Below, piece by piece: positions 7,666 to 17,109 of a DNA stretch of 51,336 nucleotides. The translations under genes and the position numbers were made by a program. Under the pieces are notes generated by a model, which was given only the letters and a program-made list of their open reading frames with translations, had not been told where the DNA came from and did not search any database. The stretch spans positions 1-51,336 of the IMG/VR virus record IMGVR_UViG_3300022930_000004, one strand, 5' to 3'. Source of the stretch: a virus (Duplodnaviria > Caudoviricetes). Numbering within the stretch: the first letter of the stretch is position 1; each line of letters opens with the position of its first letter.

Positions 7666-8975
7666 TTAAACTTTCAATCCTAATACCATCAGTACATACG
7701 AGATATAACACTTTCCTGCCTAAAATACAAGAGCAGATTTACGGTCAATACAACTCGATATCTGAATTTGATCAGTCACGGGTTGAGATCATAGTATTAA
7801 GCGATACGAAATCAATAATGTTGGGAGAAAAGCGTAATATTATGGTGGATATGGCTAAGGGTGAATACATCGTTTTTGTTGATGATGATGACTTAATTTC
7901 TGATGACTATATCACATCGCTGGTAGAAGCTACCAAATCGGGTTCAGATGTGATCACGTTTACTGCAATGGTATCTATAAATGGAGAATCACCTAAGCCT
8001 TGCTATTACTCAAAGGACAACAAGCACGACTTCAATAAACCAGATGCTTACTACCGTATTCCAAATCATATTTGCTGCGTGAAGAAGGAGGTTTCACTTA
8101 AATCCAGTTTCCCTTCATTGCTTAAAGGCGAAGATAGCGGATATTCTAAGCTTCTTATACGTCACCTTAATACAGAAACAAAGCTTGATAAGGTGCTTTA
8201 CCACTACAATTATAGTGACGCTACCACCGAGACGCAAGAACCCATTGCGTCGGGTATTAGGCGTAGAAATCAATCGCCGATTGTTGATGTAGTGATTATT
8301 TCCTGCGCTAAAAGCAGGAATCTTTACAATATGACGCAAAAAGCAATCGACACTTGCATCGCAGGCGCGAACTCCTTACCTGTTAATGTTGTCGTAGTGG
8401 AGCAAATTCCAGGCGTTAAGTATAAAAACGCGTCCGTTATTTACGGAGATAGGCTATTCAACTATAACGCTTCGGCAAATAAAGGCGCTAAACTCGGTTC
8501 TGCTGAGTGGATTGTCATATCTAATAACGATGTGGTGTTTAAATCTGGCTGGCTTCATTCATTGCTTGTCGCTAACCACCCGATAATGTCGCCTAAGTGC
8601 CCTAATGATTACAGACAAACTGATGTTACAGTCGATGAGATAGGAGATGTTAACGGTCGTAATTTTAGCGGATGGTGCTTTATGATCAAAAGATCATTGT
8701 ACGATCAGATAGGACAGTTTTCCGAAGATATGCGTTTTTGGGGCTCTGATGATGTGACGATTGAGCAAGTTAGATCTATAGGATTTTTACCTATGCTTGT
8801 TGTAGATTCCCTTGTGACTCATTTAGGCAGCACTACATTGGGGACTGTAGATCCAGCAACAAGGAACGATTTAACTTGGAAGGATATTAATACCTTTAAT
8901 GAGAAGTACGGCAAATCAAAGTTTGCGGATAATAAAGATTTTATAAATTGGAAAATTAAAAATGGAATTAAGTAA
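7662..8975 (+). CDS. Glycosyltransferase family 2 with two tandem GT-A domains
   Basis: LSILIPS..GEKRN..AKGEYIVFVDDDD..GEDS; second domain VDVVI..FNYNASANKGA..SNNDV..SGWCFMI..WGSDD. Confidence 0.9.
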   Translation: MIKLSILIPSVHTRYNTFLPKIQEQIYGQYNSISEFDQSRVEIIVLSDTKSIMLGEKRNIMVDMAKGEYIVFVDDDDLISDDYITSLVEATKSGSDVITFTAMVSINGESPKPCYYSKDNKHDFNKPDAYYRIPNHICCVKKEVSLKSSFPSLLKGEDSGYSKLLIRHLNTETKLDKVLYHYNYSDATTETQEPIASGIRRRNQSPIVDVVIISCAKSRNLYNMTQKAIDTCIAGANSLPVNVVVVEQIPGVKYKNASVIYGDRLFNYNASANKGAKLGSAEWIVISNNDVVFKSGWLHSLLVANHPIMSPKCPNDYRQTDVTVDEIGDVNGRNFSGWCFMIKRSLYDQIGQFSEDMRFWGSDDVTIEQVRSIGFLPMLVVDSLVTHLGSTTLGTVDPATRNDLTWKDINTFNEKYGKSKFADNKDFINWKIKNGIK

Positions 8976-9315
8976 CATGATATACTGCATTTTAACAGCT
9001 ATTGCCTTTTTATGGATAGGCAGATTAACTAAAGGTAAACCAAAAACCTCCACTGAAGAGAAAGAGGGGTACAAGGGACAAGTAACATTTGAGGATGTTG
9101 TAGTCAGAAAACGTCATTCTATCGTTTGGATTATGCATGAAAATAAACCAGAAGAAATGGCTGTAAACTATGTTAAGTGTCACATAGGAGTTAACGGAGC
9201 AATAATTGAATATAACCTTAGAAAGATTGATTGGCCTACTGGTTGTATTGGTATCGATAACGTGCCGGAATACAAAATGTTTGATAGCAAAGAGGAGCTG
9301 CTATCTCGATTCTAA
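8962..9315 (+). CDS. Hypothetical membrane-anchored protein
   Basis: N-terminal hydrophobic helix. Confidence 0.6.
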   Translation: MELSNMIYCILTAIAFLWIGRLTKGKPKTSTEEKEGYKGQVTFEDVVVRKRHSIVWIMHENKPEEMAVNYVKCHIGVNGAIIEYNLRKIDWPTGCIGIDNVPEYKMFDSKEELLSRF

Positions 9316-9361
9316 GTAACCAAATCGTTACATACACGTTGACTTTTAATTTGTATGTTTG
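9316..9361 (+). promoter_or_regulatory. GTAAC box and internal promoter
   Basis: GTAAC-caaatc-GTTAC 9316-9331, 22 nt before TATGTTTG 9354-9361. Confidence 0.7.
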
Positions 9362-9404
9362 GTAAAACAAAAATCCTGATCCCATTGACGGGTAATCCGA
9401 TTTA

Positions 9405-9755
9405 ATGGGTCAGTTATTAAAAAAAATTATGAGAAAGATATTTTTCTACCTAACAATGCCATTCAGAATGAATTATTGGGTGACTTTAGATCCGTATAAT
9501 AGAGAATGGGACAAAAAACTAATGCATCTTCTTGATGAGAACGATTTTGTTGTTATTGATTCTTATCGTGCAAAATTAGGTGATAATGTATTGTGGACTG
9601 AAAATCAGCCATACGCTTGTTTTACTAACAGGATAAGCCTAACTAAAAACTACAACATAACGGTTAGACCATCACGTTACACCGCTTATCTTGCCATAAA
9701 AAAGCTAAATAAAGCAGTAAATCTACTTAAGAAACAGGCCGAAAAAAGATTTTAA
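9405..9755 (+). CDS. Hypothetical protein (true start possibly ATG 9429)
   Basis: ORF; the first ATG is sequestered in a leader hairpin and the second follows an A-rich tract. Confidence 0.6.
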   Translation: MGQLLKKIMRKIFFYLTMPFRMNYWVTLDPYNREWDKKLMHLLDENDFVVIDSYRAKLGDNVLWTENQPYACFTNRISLTKNYNITVRPSRYTAYLAIKKLNKAVNLLKKQAEKRF

Positions 9756-9757
9756 CT

Positions 9758-10051
9758 ATGAAAAACAAACAAAACGTCCTAGATTGGGCTAAAGAAAAAG
9801 GAATCCTAGATAAAGCTACTCCTATCGCTCAGGCAGAAAAAACACTTGAAGAGGCTAATGAGCTTATCGAAGCCATAAAAGCAGACGACAAAGCAGAAAT
9901 CAAAGACGCTTTAGGCGACATAATGGTAACAATTATCATAGGCGCTGAAATGCAGGGATGGGATATTGAAGATTGCCTTCAAACTGCATACGATGTGATA
10001 AAAGGCAGGACGGGTAAAATGATTGATGGGCAGTTTGTAAAGGATAAGTAA
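9758..10051 (+). CDS. MazG-like nucleotide pyrophosphohydrolase
   Basis: WA..KG..Q..K..EEANEL..IKDALGD..AYDVIKGR.GKMIDG.FVK motifs. Confidence 0.88.
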   Translation: MKNKQNVLDWAKEKGILDKATPIAQAEKTLEEANELIEAIKADDKAEIKDALGDIMVTIIIGAEMQGWDIEDCLQTAYDVIKGRTGKMIDGQFVKDK

Positions 10052-10714
10052 ATGAACCCGTCAATAGCTATAGCAATCTCAACCAGAAATAGGTCAGAGT
10101 CGTTCTGGTTTTGTCTTAAAATGATTAGGCAATTCACAAAGCTTGATGCTGATATATTCGTGGTTGACGACAATAGCGAGACTGCATATTATAACGCTGA
10201 TTTTACCTTTAATGAAAGGGCTGGAATTAGCAAAGTAAAGAATAAATGCTTAGAACTAACATCAAGATACGACCATGTATTTTTATTTGATGATGATACT
10301 TATCCATTGTCATTTAATTGGTGGATGCCATATGTAAAATCAGGCGCTCATCATTTATCATACAGCTTCAGCAAACCGATCTGGCAGGATGAGAAATTCA
10401 AATACCATCATTACCCGAACGGTTGCATGTTGTATTTTACCAGGGAATGCATTGATACAGTTGGCGGTTTTGATACGAAATTCAACAACAAGTACGAACA
10501 CACCGAATTAAGCAGGCGTATTTATAACGCTGGACTTACATCGCATCCCGCTATGGACTTAGTAGGATCATCTGAATACATTTACTGCATGGATCAGGAT
10601 AATGCAATACAGCGCAGTTTTAGCGATAAAGAAATGAAGCAGTCACTCAGAGAAGGATACGCGCATTTTGAGGCGACAAAGTTTAGGAAAGAATTTATAG
10701 AGTTTAGATCATGA
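10052..10714 (+). CDS. Glycosyltransferase family 2
   Basis: IAISTRNR..VVDDNS..GISKVKN..FLFDDD..VGGFD..YEH motifs. Confidence 0.88.
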   Translation: MNPSIAIAISTRNRSESFWFCLKMIRQFTKLDADIFVVDDNSETAYYNADFTFNERAGISKVKNKCLELTSRYDHVFLFDDDTYPLSFNWWMPYVKSGAHHLSYSFSKPIWQDEKFKYHHYPNGCMLYFTRECIDTVGGFDTKFNNKYEHTELSRRIYNAGLTSHPAMDLVGSSEYIYCMDQDNAIQRSFSDKEMKQSLREGYAHFEATKFRKEFIEFRS

Positions 10715-10902
10715 TCGAAGAAGTAAAACCAAGGAAAGCGGACAACTTAGAGAAGTTCAATCCAGCGAAACACAAAATCAAAAACAGTTCAGTTGCCGGA
10801 CTTATTCCGGTGTGGATTCCCACTGAAAGGATGTATGTTTACGTCAAGTCGGAATCAGATATTGATCGGGTTAAAAGTAAATGGGCTAGTAGGAGTAAGT
10901 AA
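10711..10902 (+). CDS. Hypothetical protein
   Basis: ATGA-coupled last gene before the terminator. Confidence 0.55.
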   Translation: MIEEVKPRKADNLEKFNPAKHKIKNSSVAGLIPVWIPTERMYVYVKSESDIDRVKSKWASRSK

Positions 10903-10905
10903 TTC

Positions 10906-10931
10906 AGGCCACCTTTTTAGGGTGGCTTTTT
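10906..10931 (+). terminator. Intrinsic terminator
   Basis: gccacc / ggtggc stem followed by a T tract. Confidence 0.8.
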
Positions 10932-10948
10932 AATACCCAAACGTCTAC

Positions 10949-12091
10949 TTACAAAACAGGCGGAGCGCTAATCAACTGCCATGTACCTGAAGCACCTAAC
11001 GTAGCCCTAACATATATTGCTCCGCCCAACGTAATCGAAGGACACATTACTCTATATCCAACAGGGGTGTTTGGGTATGTAGCGTTTAAAGTCGTTTTAG
11101 ACAGACCAACCGCAGCATTATTGACTACCATTCCAGGAGTGGCAGTTATTTGAGCTTGCAGATTCTGTAATGCTACCAAAAGACTATTTGAGGCCACTAT
11201 TGGAGTGTTCGTTCCAGTCACATACCCTGTAAGCACTGAATTGAGTCCGAATGCGTCAAGTATTCCGTATCCTGATAAAGTAGTAGGCTTGCCGCTTATT
11301 TCAGAGAAAGGTACATTTCCAGATGCGCGGTATAGTAAGTCGGATTGAGATTTCGTGCTGTAAGCGGATAGGTCTGGTGAATATCCGATTGGCTTATACA
11401 ATCCATCCGCAACCGCTTTAGTAGAATACTGCGACTTCTGAGACAACCAAACCGGATCAGATTCAGATATCAGTCTCCCATTTATCGCTGTAATAATTGA
11501 GTCTAAACGAACAAGCAATCCAGTTATTTGATTCTGAGTATGTGTATGTGCAGATGAAGCAAACGTTGTCGGCTTACCTGTTACCTCAGCCCACGATGGA
11601 ACGTAGCCAATAGGCCTATATAACCCAGCATGATTACCCCATGAGAATGCGGTGTTTCCATTGGTGAAGTACGATGAGTTTATGCCTTTAACGTAAGAGC
11701 TAACTGTTGGGTCTGTTTCTGTTTTAATGTACCCCGCTAAAGAATGATCTCCCCATGCAAAAGCGTTATTCCAGTTTGATATATTAGAGGTAGTTATAGC
11801 CTTGATCCATGATGAAACGCTTGGATCAGATTCAGTGAAAGACTGTAAATACCTGGCATCTGCACCGGACTGAGTGATAAACCCATAATCAGCTATAGAT
11901 ATACGGCCTATCCATCTGTAAGTAGATGAAACTACCAATAAGCTATCTGATGCAGCGCCAATAGGCAAATTCTGAACCCGAAGCCAATTACTCTGCGTTC
12001 TGTATGGTAAAATGTAGTTTGATGTTGCTGGTTGAGCGAATGAAGACACGTATAGTGTCACGAGAAGCAATAGGGAGATTAACTTTTTCAT
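10949..12091 (-). CDS. Tail-fibre-like repeat protein with N-terminal Sec signal peptide
   Basis: MKKLISLLLLVTLYVSSFA-Q signal; E(S/T)DP, N.AF.WG.H and GKPTT(LSGYGI) fibre-shaft repeats. Confidence 0.7.
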   Translation of the reverse strand: MKKLISLLLLVTLYVSSFAQPATSNYILPYRTQSNWLRVQNLPIGAASDSLLVVSSTYRWIGRISIADYGFITQSGADARYLQSFTESDPSVSSWIKAITTSNISNWNNAFAWGDHSLAGYIKTETDPTVSSYVKGINSSYFTNGNTAFSWGNHAGLYRPIGYVPSWAEVTGKPTTFASSAHTHTQNQITGLLVRLDSIITAINGRLISESDPVWLSQKSQYSTKAVADGLYKPIGYSPDLSAYSTKSQSDLLYRASGNVPFSEISGKPTTLSGYGILDAFGLNSVLTGYVTGTNTPIVASNSLLVALQNLQAQITATPGMVVNNAAVGLSKTTLNATYPNTPVGYRVMCPSITLGGAIYVRATLGASGTWQLISAPPVL

Positions 12092-12528
12092 TATTGATTA
12101 TTTATTGCAAGACTAGCAGGTAATGAAAACCACCAGCCCTGATTATCGACTATAATTTTTATATACAACATACCGCTTCCGATATTTGGAGCTACGACAA
12201 TAAACCTGTCAGTAGCATTAGGGTAATCTGCGTTTAAATCGTCATTGAACAACGGTTCAGTACCCATGTATGTAGCGCCTTTGTTTTGTGACCCCGTGCC
12301 GTCACCCCCTCCTTTATAAAAAAGCTTTGAACTGAGCCATGATTCAAGGTCATCTTTATTGTCGAATACTTGACCGTCACACTCAACCTCTTCTATCTTT
12401 GCTGAGATCCCTACCATGGAAACGCCTTCAGGATCTCCGTGATTAACAGTGATAGATCCCTTTTGGTATTCCATTTTATTTATCGAAAAACTGTTGTCTT
12501 TCGTAACAATTCGTATTTTTATTGCCAT
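12091..12528 (-). CDS. Putative virion accessory/adaptor protein sharing its C-terminal domain with the downstream fibre
   Basis: LNADYPN..F.VVAPNI..GMLYIK..G.W aligns with LNATYPN..YRVMCPSI..GAIYVR..G.W; 1-nt overlap. Confidence 0.6.
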   Translation of the reverse strand: MAIKIRIVTKDNSFSINKMEYQKGSITVNHGDPEGVSMVGISAKIEEVECDGQVFDNKDDLESWLSSKLFYKGGGDGTGSQNKGATYMGTEPLFNDDLNADYPNATDRFIVVAPNIGSGMLYIKIIVDNQGWWFSLPASLAINNQ

Positions 12529-12611
12529 GAGAGTAATATATACACAAATATATCATTATTGTTACACTTAACGTAAGAATATCTATTGTATATTGCGAGT
12601 GTAAAATAAAA

Positions 12612-13268
12612 ATGAATATGAAAGTATTAATAGCATGCGAATATAGCGGAACAGTAAGGGACGCATTCATAAAAAGAGGTCATGATGCGATAAGCTGCGA
12701 CTTATTGCCAACAGACAAACCAGGGCCACATTTACAAGGAGATGTGAGTTTTATGTTAGATAAAGATTGGGATTTGATAATAGCTCATCCACCTTGCACA
12801 TATATGAGTAATTCGGGCGTTAGGTGGTTAGTAAAAGACGGCAAGCCATACAATCCTAATAGATGGATTCAGTTGAAGTCGGCTGTATACTTTTTTAACT
12901 TATTTGCTGAACATACATGTAGCAAAATAGCAATTGAAAACCCAATCCCACATAAATACGCGGCACTTCCTTTTGAAACAATGATTATAGAAGGCGAAAG
13001 AATCCCTTTTCAGCAAAAAGGAATAGGCAAACATACCCAAACAATTCAGCCTTATGGATTTGGTCACCTGGAAAGTAAAAGAACTTGCTTATGGTTAAAA
13101 GGCTTACCTACTCTGAAAGAAACAAACAATGTCTACGATGAAATGATGCAACTTACCTATGCTGAAAGAAACAAAGTTCATCATTGCCCGCCCGGTCCTG
13201 ATCGTTGGAAAATTCGTTCTACAACTTATCAAGGTATTGCTGATGCAATGGCTGAACAGTGGGGTTAG
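12612..13268 (+). CDS. DNA cytosine-C5 methyltransferase (compact phage type)
   Basis: VLIACEYSG..RDAF..GHD..SCD, DLIIAHPPC (catalytic PC), ENP, K.TCLW and RS.TY.GIA.AMA.QWG motifs. Confidence 0.8.
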   Translation: MNMKVLIACEYSGTVRDAFIKRGHDAISCDLLPTDKPGPHLQGDVSFMLDKDWDLIIAHPPCTYMSNSGVRWLVKDGKPYNPNRWIQLKSAVYFFNLFAEHTCSKIAIENPIPHKYAALPFETMIIEGERIPFQQKGIGKHTQTIQPYGFGHLESKRTCLWLKGLPTLKETNNVYDEMMQLTYAERNKVHHCPPGPDRWKIRSTTYQGIADAMAEQWG

Positions 13269-14626
13269 CTCGTAAGACCACCACCAGCAGTCCCTTCGTA
13301 AACACTTCTTACCGTAGTCCTTCCGGCTGCGGTATAGTATTCTTTCATATGCGCTAATCCTGTTTCGCCATACTTAAGCGCAACACGAGCCTCATCAAGA
13401 GATATAACGCCTGCCTCGATCAATGGTTTAAGGTAGTCGGCTACCTCTTTCATGTTGACAGCCATTTCCGGCAATTGAGTGTAATCTAACTCAATGATGA
13501 TATCGCCGAATCCTTTACCAACAAACCTGGTTAATGCTTCACCTATCACTTCGCATATAGGCGCAACAGCATCGTATATCAATTGCTTTACTGCTGTTCC
13601 CTGGTTGTTGCTGGTTGATGCTTTCTGATTGTGGTATTGAAGCGGAACGTGGTAAGCCCTGTAGATATCCTCCTGATTTGCGCCTACCAATTCTATAAGC
13701 TGTAAGTCTGCTATCGGTAAGCCCATAGACTGCCAAGCTAAGCTGATAGATGAAGCGAACACTCGTGCCATTTCATCATCAGAACGCCTTGCTGCGGACA
13801 TTTTATCGTGCAACTGTTTCTTTTGATCTGAATCGAGTTGATCTTCTTTGTCACGAGGCGATAGGACGCCAAATACGCCACCGTTTTTGGCTTGCTTACT
13901 AGATTGCGTCTTTCCCTCTTTAATCGTTCTGAGCGACTCTAAATAGGCTCTAAGCGGAGAAACTCCGTATAGGTATTCAAAGTTACGATCTATCGGTGCT
14001 GGATTAGCTGTTTTAAGGTGGTAAATCTCGTCTTTAGTGAATGGGGTTTTGTTGGTGTTCTCTAAGATGTACCCTACAATAGGATCTAATAGATTATCAG
14101 AATCACCGTTTATGGTCATGTTAGGAAAACAGAACAGTTCCGACATGGTTTTTCCTGTCTGATTTCCGTACCAGTACGTATTACCTTTAAGTAAATAGGT
14201 CAATGCCGTAGTCCATAACCACTGACTGCCTGTTTGGTATGGATTAGGGTTCATCAGCAAATCCAGTAGCTTAGGATTATCTACCTCTTCGACTGCATGT
14301 AACTTCAGTAAGTAAGACTGAACCGGATCGTGCTGTTCAAGTGATTTAGCTTGTTGGTATTTCTTTTTGTCTTTAATCTTTTTAAAGCTGTATAGCTTAG
14401 GGGTGATCTTTTTACAGATAATATCAGTTACCTCGTATACAGCTCCGATTGTTTTGAAAGCATCTTCATAGTCCGCATGATCCGGATTAATAGTCGGCAA
14501 TCCCTTATTCATGAAAGCGACAAGGCTGTCAAGTTGTTTAGCGTAACTTCCTGCCAGCTTTGAAGCCAACTGCTCATTTACCCTCTTATCAATAGTTGAA
14601 CTGAATACCTTGTCTAATAAACCCAT
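13265..14626 (-). CDS. Portal protein (HK97 family)
   Basis: LL..PNPYQ..LL.GN.Y, YGVSPL, I..AYHVP and DEAR..L motifs; downstream of TerL. Confidence 0.92.
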   Translation of the reverse strand: MGLLDKVFSSTIDKRVNEQLASKLAGSYAKQLDSLVAFMNKGLPTINPDHADYEDAFKTIGAVYEVTDIICKKITPKLYSFKKIKDKKKYQQAKSLEQHDPVQSYLLKLHAVEEVDNPKLLDLLMNPNPYQTGSQWLWTTALTYLLKGNTYWYGNQTGKTMSELFCFPNMTINGDSDNLLDPIVGYILENTNKTPFTKDEIYHLKTANPAPIDRNFEYLYGVSPLRAYLESLRTIKEGKTQSSKQAKNGGVFGVLSPRDKEDQLDSDQKKQLHDKMSAARRSDDEMARVFASSISLAWQSMGLPIADLQLIELVGANQEDIYRAYHVPLQYHNQKASTSNNQGTAVKQLIYDAVAPICEVIGEALTRFVGKGFGDIIIELDYTQLPEMAVNMKEVADYLKPLIEAGVISLDEARVALKYGETGLAHMKEYYTAAGRTTVRSVYEGTAGGGLTS

Positions 14627-14831
14627 GACTTAATGTTTAGGGTAAAGATAGGGAAAGTAATTGAAATGTTAAGATTCGGGTTATATTTTCATATACCTAC
14701 CCTGCTTTATGGATTCGATTACAACCCTATATAATGTAGGGAAATTTCTTTTAAAAGCGTCGAAATCCTTATTTATCATCATATGATGGAAATTCCTTTT
14801 GAGTATTCTTTCCGCTTGAATGTCATTCATA

Positions 14832-15071
14832 TCAATCTAGTTTTAAATTCCTTGCAATGCCAACAACTCTCCTACCTCTATTCCGGCTAACAACAATCAC
14901 CGCCACATCAACATTACTGTCACGTGCAGCAAAGTAGTCCGATCTGTTGTAAAACTCAACACTGAAAGGTATGCCGTCCTGTTCACATTGAATCTTTGGC
15001 GTGTCTTGCTTACCTGATTCCGATATGATGGTAGGTGTTCGGGTTGTGTTGCCTACTGTTATGTGCCACAT
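14832..15071 (-). CDS. Hypothetical protein
   Basis: ORF in an insert between TerL and the portal. Confidence 0.5.
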   Translation of the reverse strand: MWHITVGNTTRTPTIISESGKQDTPKIQCEQDGIPFSVEFYNRSDYFAARDSNVDVAVIVVSRNRGRRVVGIARNLKLD

Positions 15072-15143
15072 ATTTCATCAAGCCAATTGTTAAACATCCT
15101 GTTAATTTGCTTAGGGTATTTCTCTGTTGCCTTTTTCCATTTA

Positions 15144-15401
15144 TCAGCATGACACCTTAAGCCTGGTCTTACTGATTTTATTTTGTCGGAATCCGGTTTG
15201 AATGGCGCGCCCAATATTTTCTGTAATATCTTCGGTTAATTTTTTAGTCATATGAAGCCACCCTAACATTAATTGATCTAAGCTTTCCTTATTCAAATTA
15301 TCAAAATCAAATTTTTGTCCCTTTGCATAAACCAAGATGCTTTCTAATTGTGATTCAAATGGTTTTAGTATTTCTGGAAGTTGTGATGTTAAAGTTTTCA
15401 T
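15144..15401 (-). CDS. Hypothetical protein
   Basis: ORF downstream of its own TATATTTG promoter (15447-15454). Confidence 0.6.
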   Translation of the reverse strand: MKTLTSQLPEILKPFESQLESILVYAKGQKFDFDNLNKESLDQLMLGWLHMTKKLTEDITENIGRAIQTGFRQNKISKTRLKVSC

Positions 15402-15520
15402 ATCCGCTAAGATTTAATCGCCGAACATCCGGCTGTTTGTATGGTTCAAATATACGAACATTATTTGGATATGCAAATAAACTGCAAACTATTTTATGTA
15501 ACAAAATACACGACATTGAA

Positions 15521-17035
15521 TTAATCCCAGCCGAAGGAGACTTTTTTTGCTTTCTTTGCCAACTCAAATCGCTCTCTCATCATAAACATATCCATTAAAT
15601 CCGGAGAATCGCCATTCAGTTTAGCCTTCATTGCTCCCTTTTTAATTATACACAATTTGCCGTCTTGGTCTAGCTTGTCCTTTTTTATGGCTTTTCTCTC
15701 GTACATGAACCTTTGTCGGATGGTCATCTTATCGTCATACATAGAGTTAGCTACTTTCTCAGATACTTTATATTCACCTGCAGCAACTGATTTGCCAGAC
15801 CTGTAATAGCATTGTGCTTTTATGTGTTCGTATCGCTCTGGCTTCTTTTTGTCGTTCACAGAATCAGGATCAGGCATAGGAGTTCCGCCGTTATGAAAAG
15901 GAACAGCGCCTGGTATAAATCCCTCGACAAAACCACCAACCCCATCGTTATCATAACATATGTTTCTGTTCTGAACCTTCAAGTCCTTAGCCATGCCAGT
16001 AATAGCGTCCACCACTTCTTTACCGTTAGACTTGTCGATCACTTTTATATCGACTAATTCCTTTCCATCCCACCCGCCTATTATAAACTTGTTAGAGCCT
16101 TCCAAAGCGATATCTGCGGTTATATACCTCTCGTCCCTAATAATGTCGTATACGTTGTTAAACATGCCTAAAAACGAAGGGTAATCATATATATCATTAT
16201 CTGATAATACAACTTTCCAGTTTGAGTGCAATAAAGCGGCCTGAACGTCCTTGTCTTGCGCTAATAAGTTACCCAAATAAGCCGGGTTTTCTTTAAGTAA
16301 TTCTTTGTTATCGTAAATACTTCCGCCTATGAATGTTACCGATTTAACAAATTCATTAGGGTCTATTCCAGATTTCTCAACAACGTCTCCTATTATATGC
16401 CATCCTTTCTCTATAACCTCTTGCTTACTGTCTCCCCATATGTAGTTATCGCCATCCACAATGAGGTATCTTAATACACCTCTTCTTTCTGGTATAGCAT
16501 AGCCTGTTTCCTGATCTATCCACCAGGATATGAACTCAGCTACCCATGAATCAGGATCAGGATTGCATGTCGCTCTAACATATGGGTTAACGCCGCAAAC
16601 AGATCTATTACGGGTAAGCAAATAGAAGAACATTTTCTTAGTGAAGTGAGTAAGCTCATCAAAACCTATGAAAGGAATCTGAGATCCTTGCCAGTCATAA
16701 ATATTTTTCTCGTATTCAAGGTGTGAGAATTTAAGCTTTGACTTTTCGAATTGCCATTCAAGATTAGATTGCCTAGGTGTAGCTCCCAACAGGTTGTACA
16801 ATCCCATAGACGTATCCCATAATCCTCCTTCGTTTCTAATCTGAGGATTAGTCCTACGAAATATAACAGACCCGAATCCCTCAACATCTTTATGTCTTAT
16901 CGGTTCAAGAAGCAAAGAGAATGTTTTGCCAACACCAGCAGCTCCACCTCCGATACATATATCAGCAGCAGAAGAGGCGAACTCTAGCTGGTATCCATCT
17001 TGTGGCCGGATTCTTTTTACCGTTGTTTCTTCCAT
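15521..17035 (-). CDS. terL: Terminase large subunit
   Basis: Walker A GGAAGVGKT, Walker B IGFDELTHF, coupling motif ATCNP, nuclease ADIA..D..GVG..SPDLMD. Confidence 0.95.
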   Translation of the reverse strand: MEETTVKRIRPQDGYQLEFASSAADICIGGGAAGVGKTFSLLLEPIRHKDVEGFGSVIFRRTNPQIRNEGGLWDTSMGLYNLLGATPRQSNLEWQFEKSKLKFSHLEYEKNIYDWQGSQIPFIGFDELTHFTKKMFFYLLTRNRSVCGVNPYVRATCNPDPDSWVAEFISWWIDQETGYAIPERRGVLRYLIVDGDNYIWGDSKQEVIEKGWHIIGDVVEKSGIDPNEFVKSVTFIGGSIYDNKELLKENPAYLGNLLAQDKDVQAALLHSNWKVVLSDNDIYDYPSFLGMFNNVYDIIRDERYITADIALEGSNKFIIGGWDGKELVDIKVIDKSNGKEVVDAITGMAKDLKVQNRNICYDNDGVGGFVEGFIPGAVPFHNGGTPMPDPDSVNDKKKPERYEHIKAQCYYRSGKSVAAGEYKVSEKVANSMYDDKMTIRQRFMYERKAIKKDKLDQDGKLCIIKKGAMKAKLNGDSPDLMDMFMMRERFELAKKAKKVSFGWD

Positions 17036-17037
17036 AA

Positions 17038-17062
17038 AAAAAGCTATCCGTAAAGATAGCTT
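17038..17062 (-). terminator. Terminator-like hairpin directly before the terL start codon
   Basis: Minus strand reads aagctatc-tttacg-gatagc-ttttttt-ATG. Confidence 0.6.
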
Positions 17063-17109
17063 AATTCCGCAATATTAACGTTATCGACGGGCTACGGCAT
17101 ATTGAGTTG

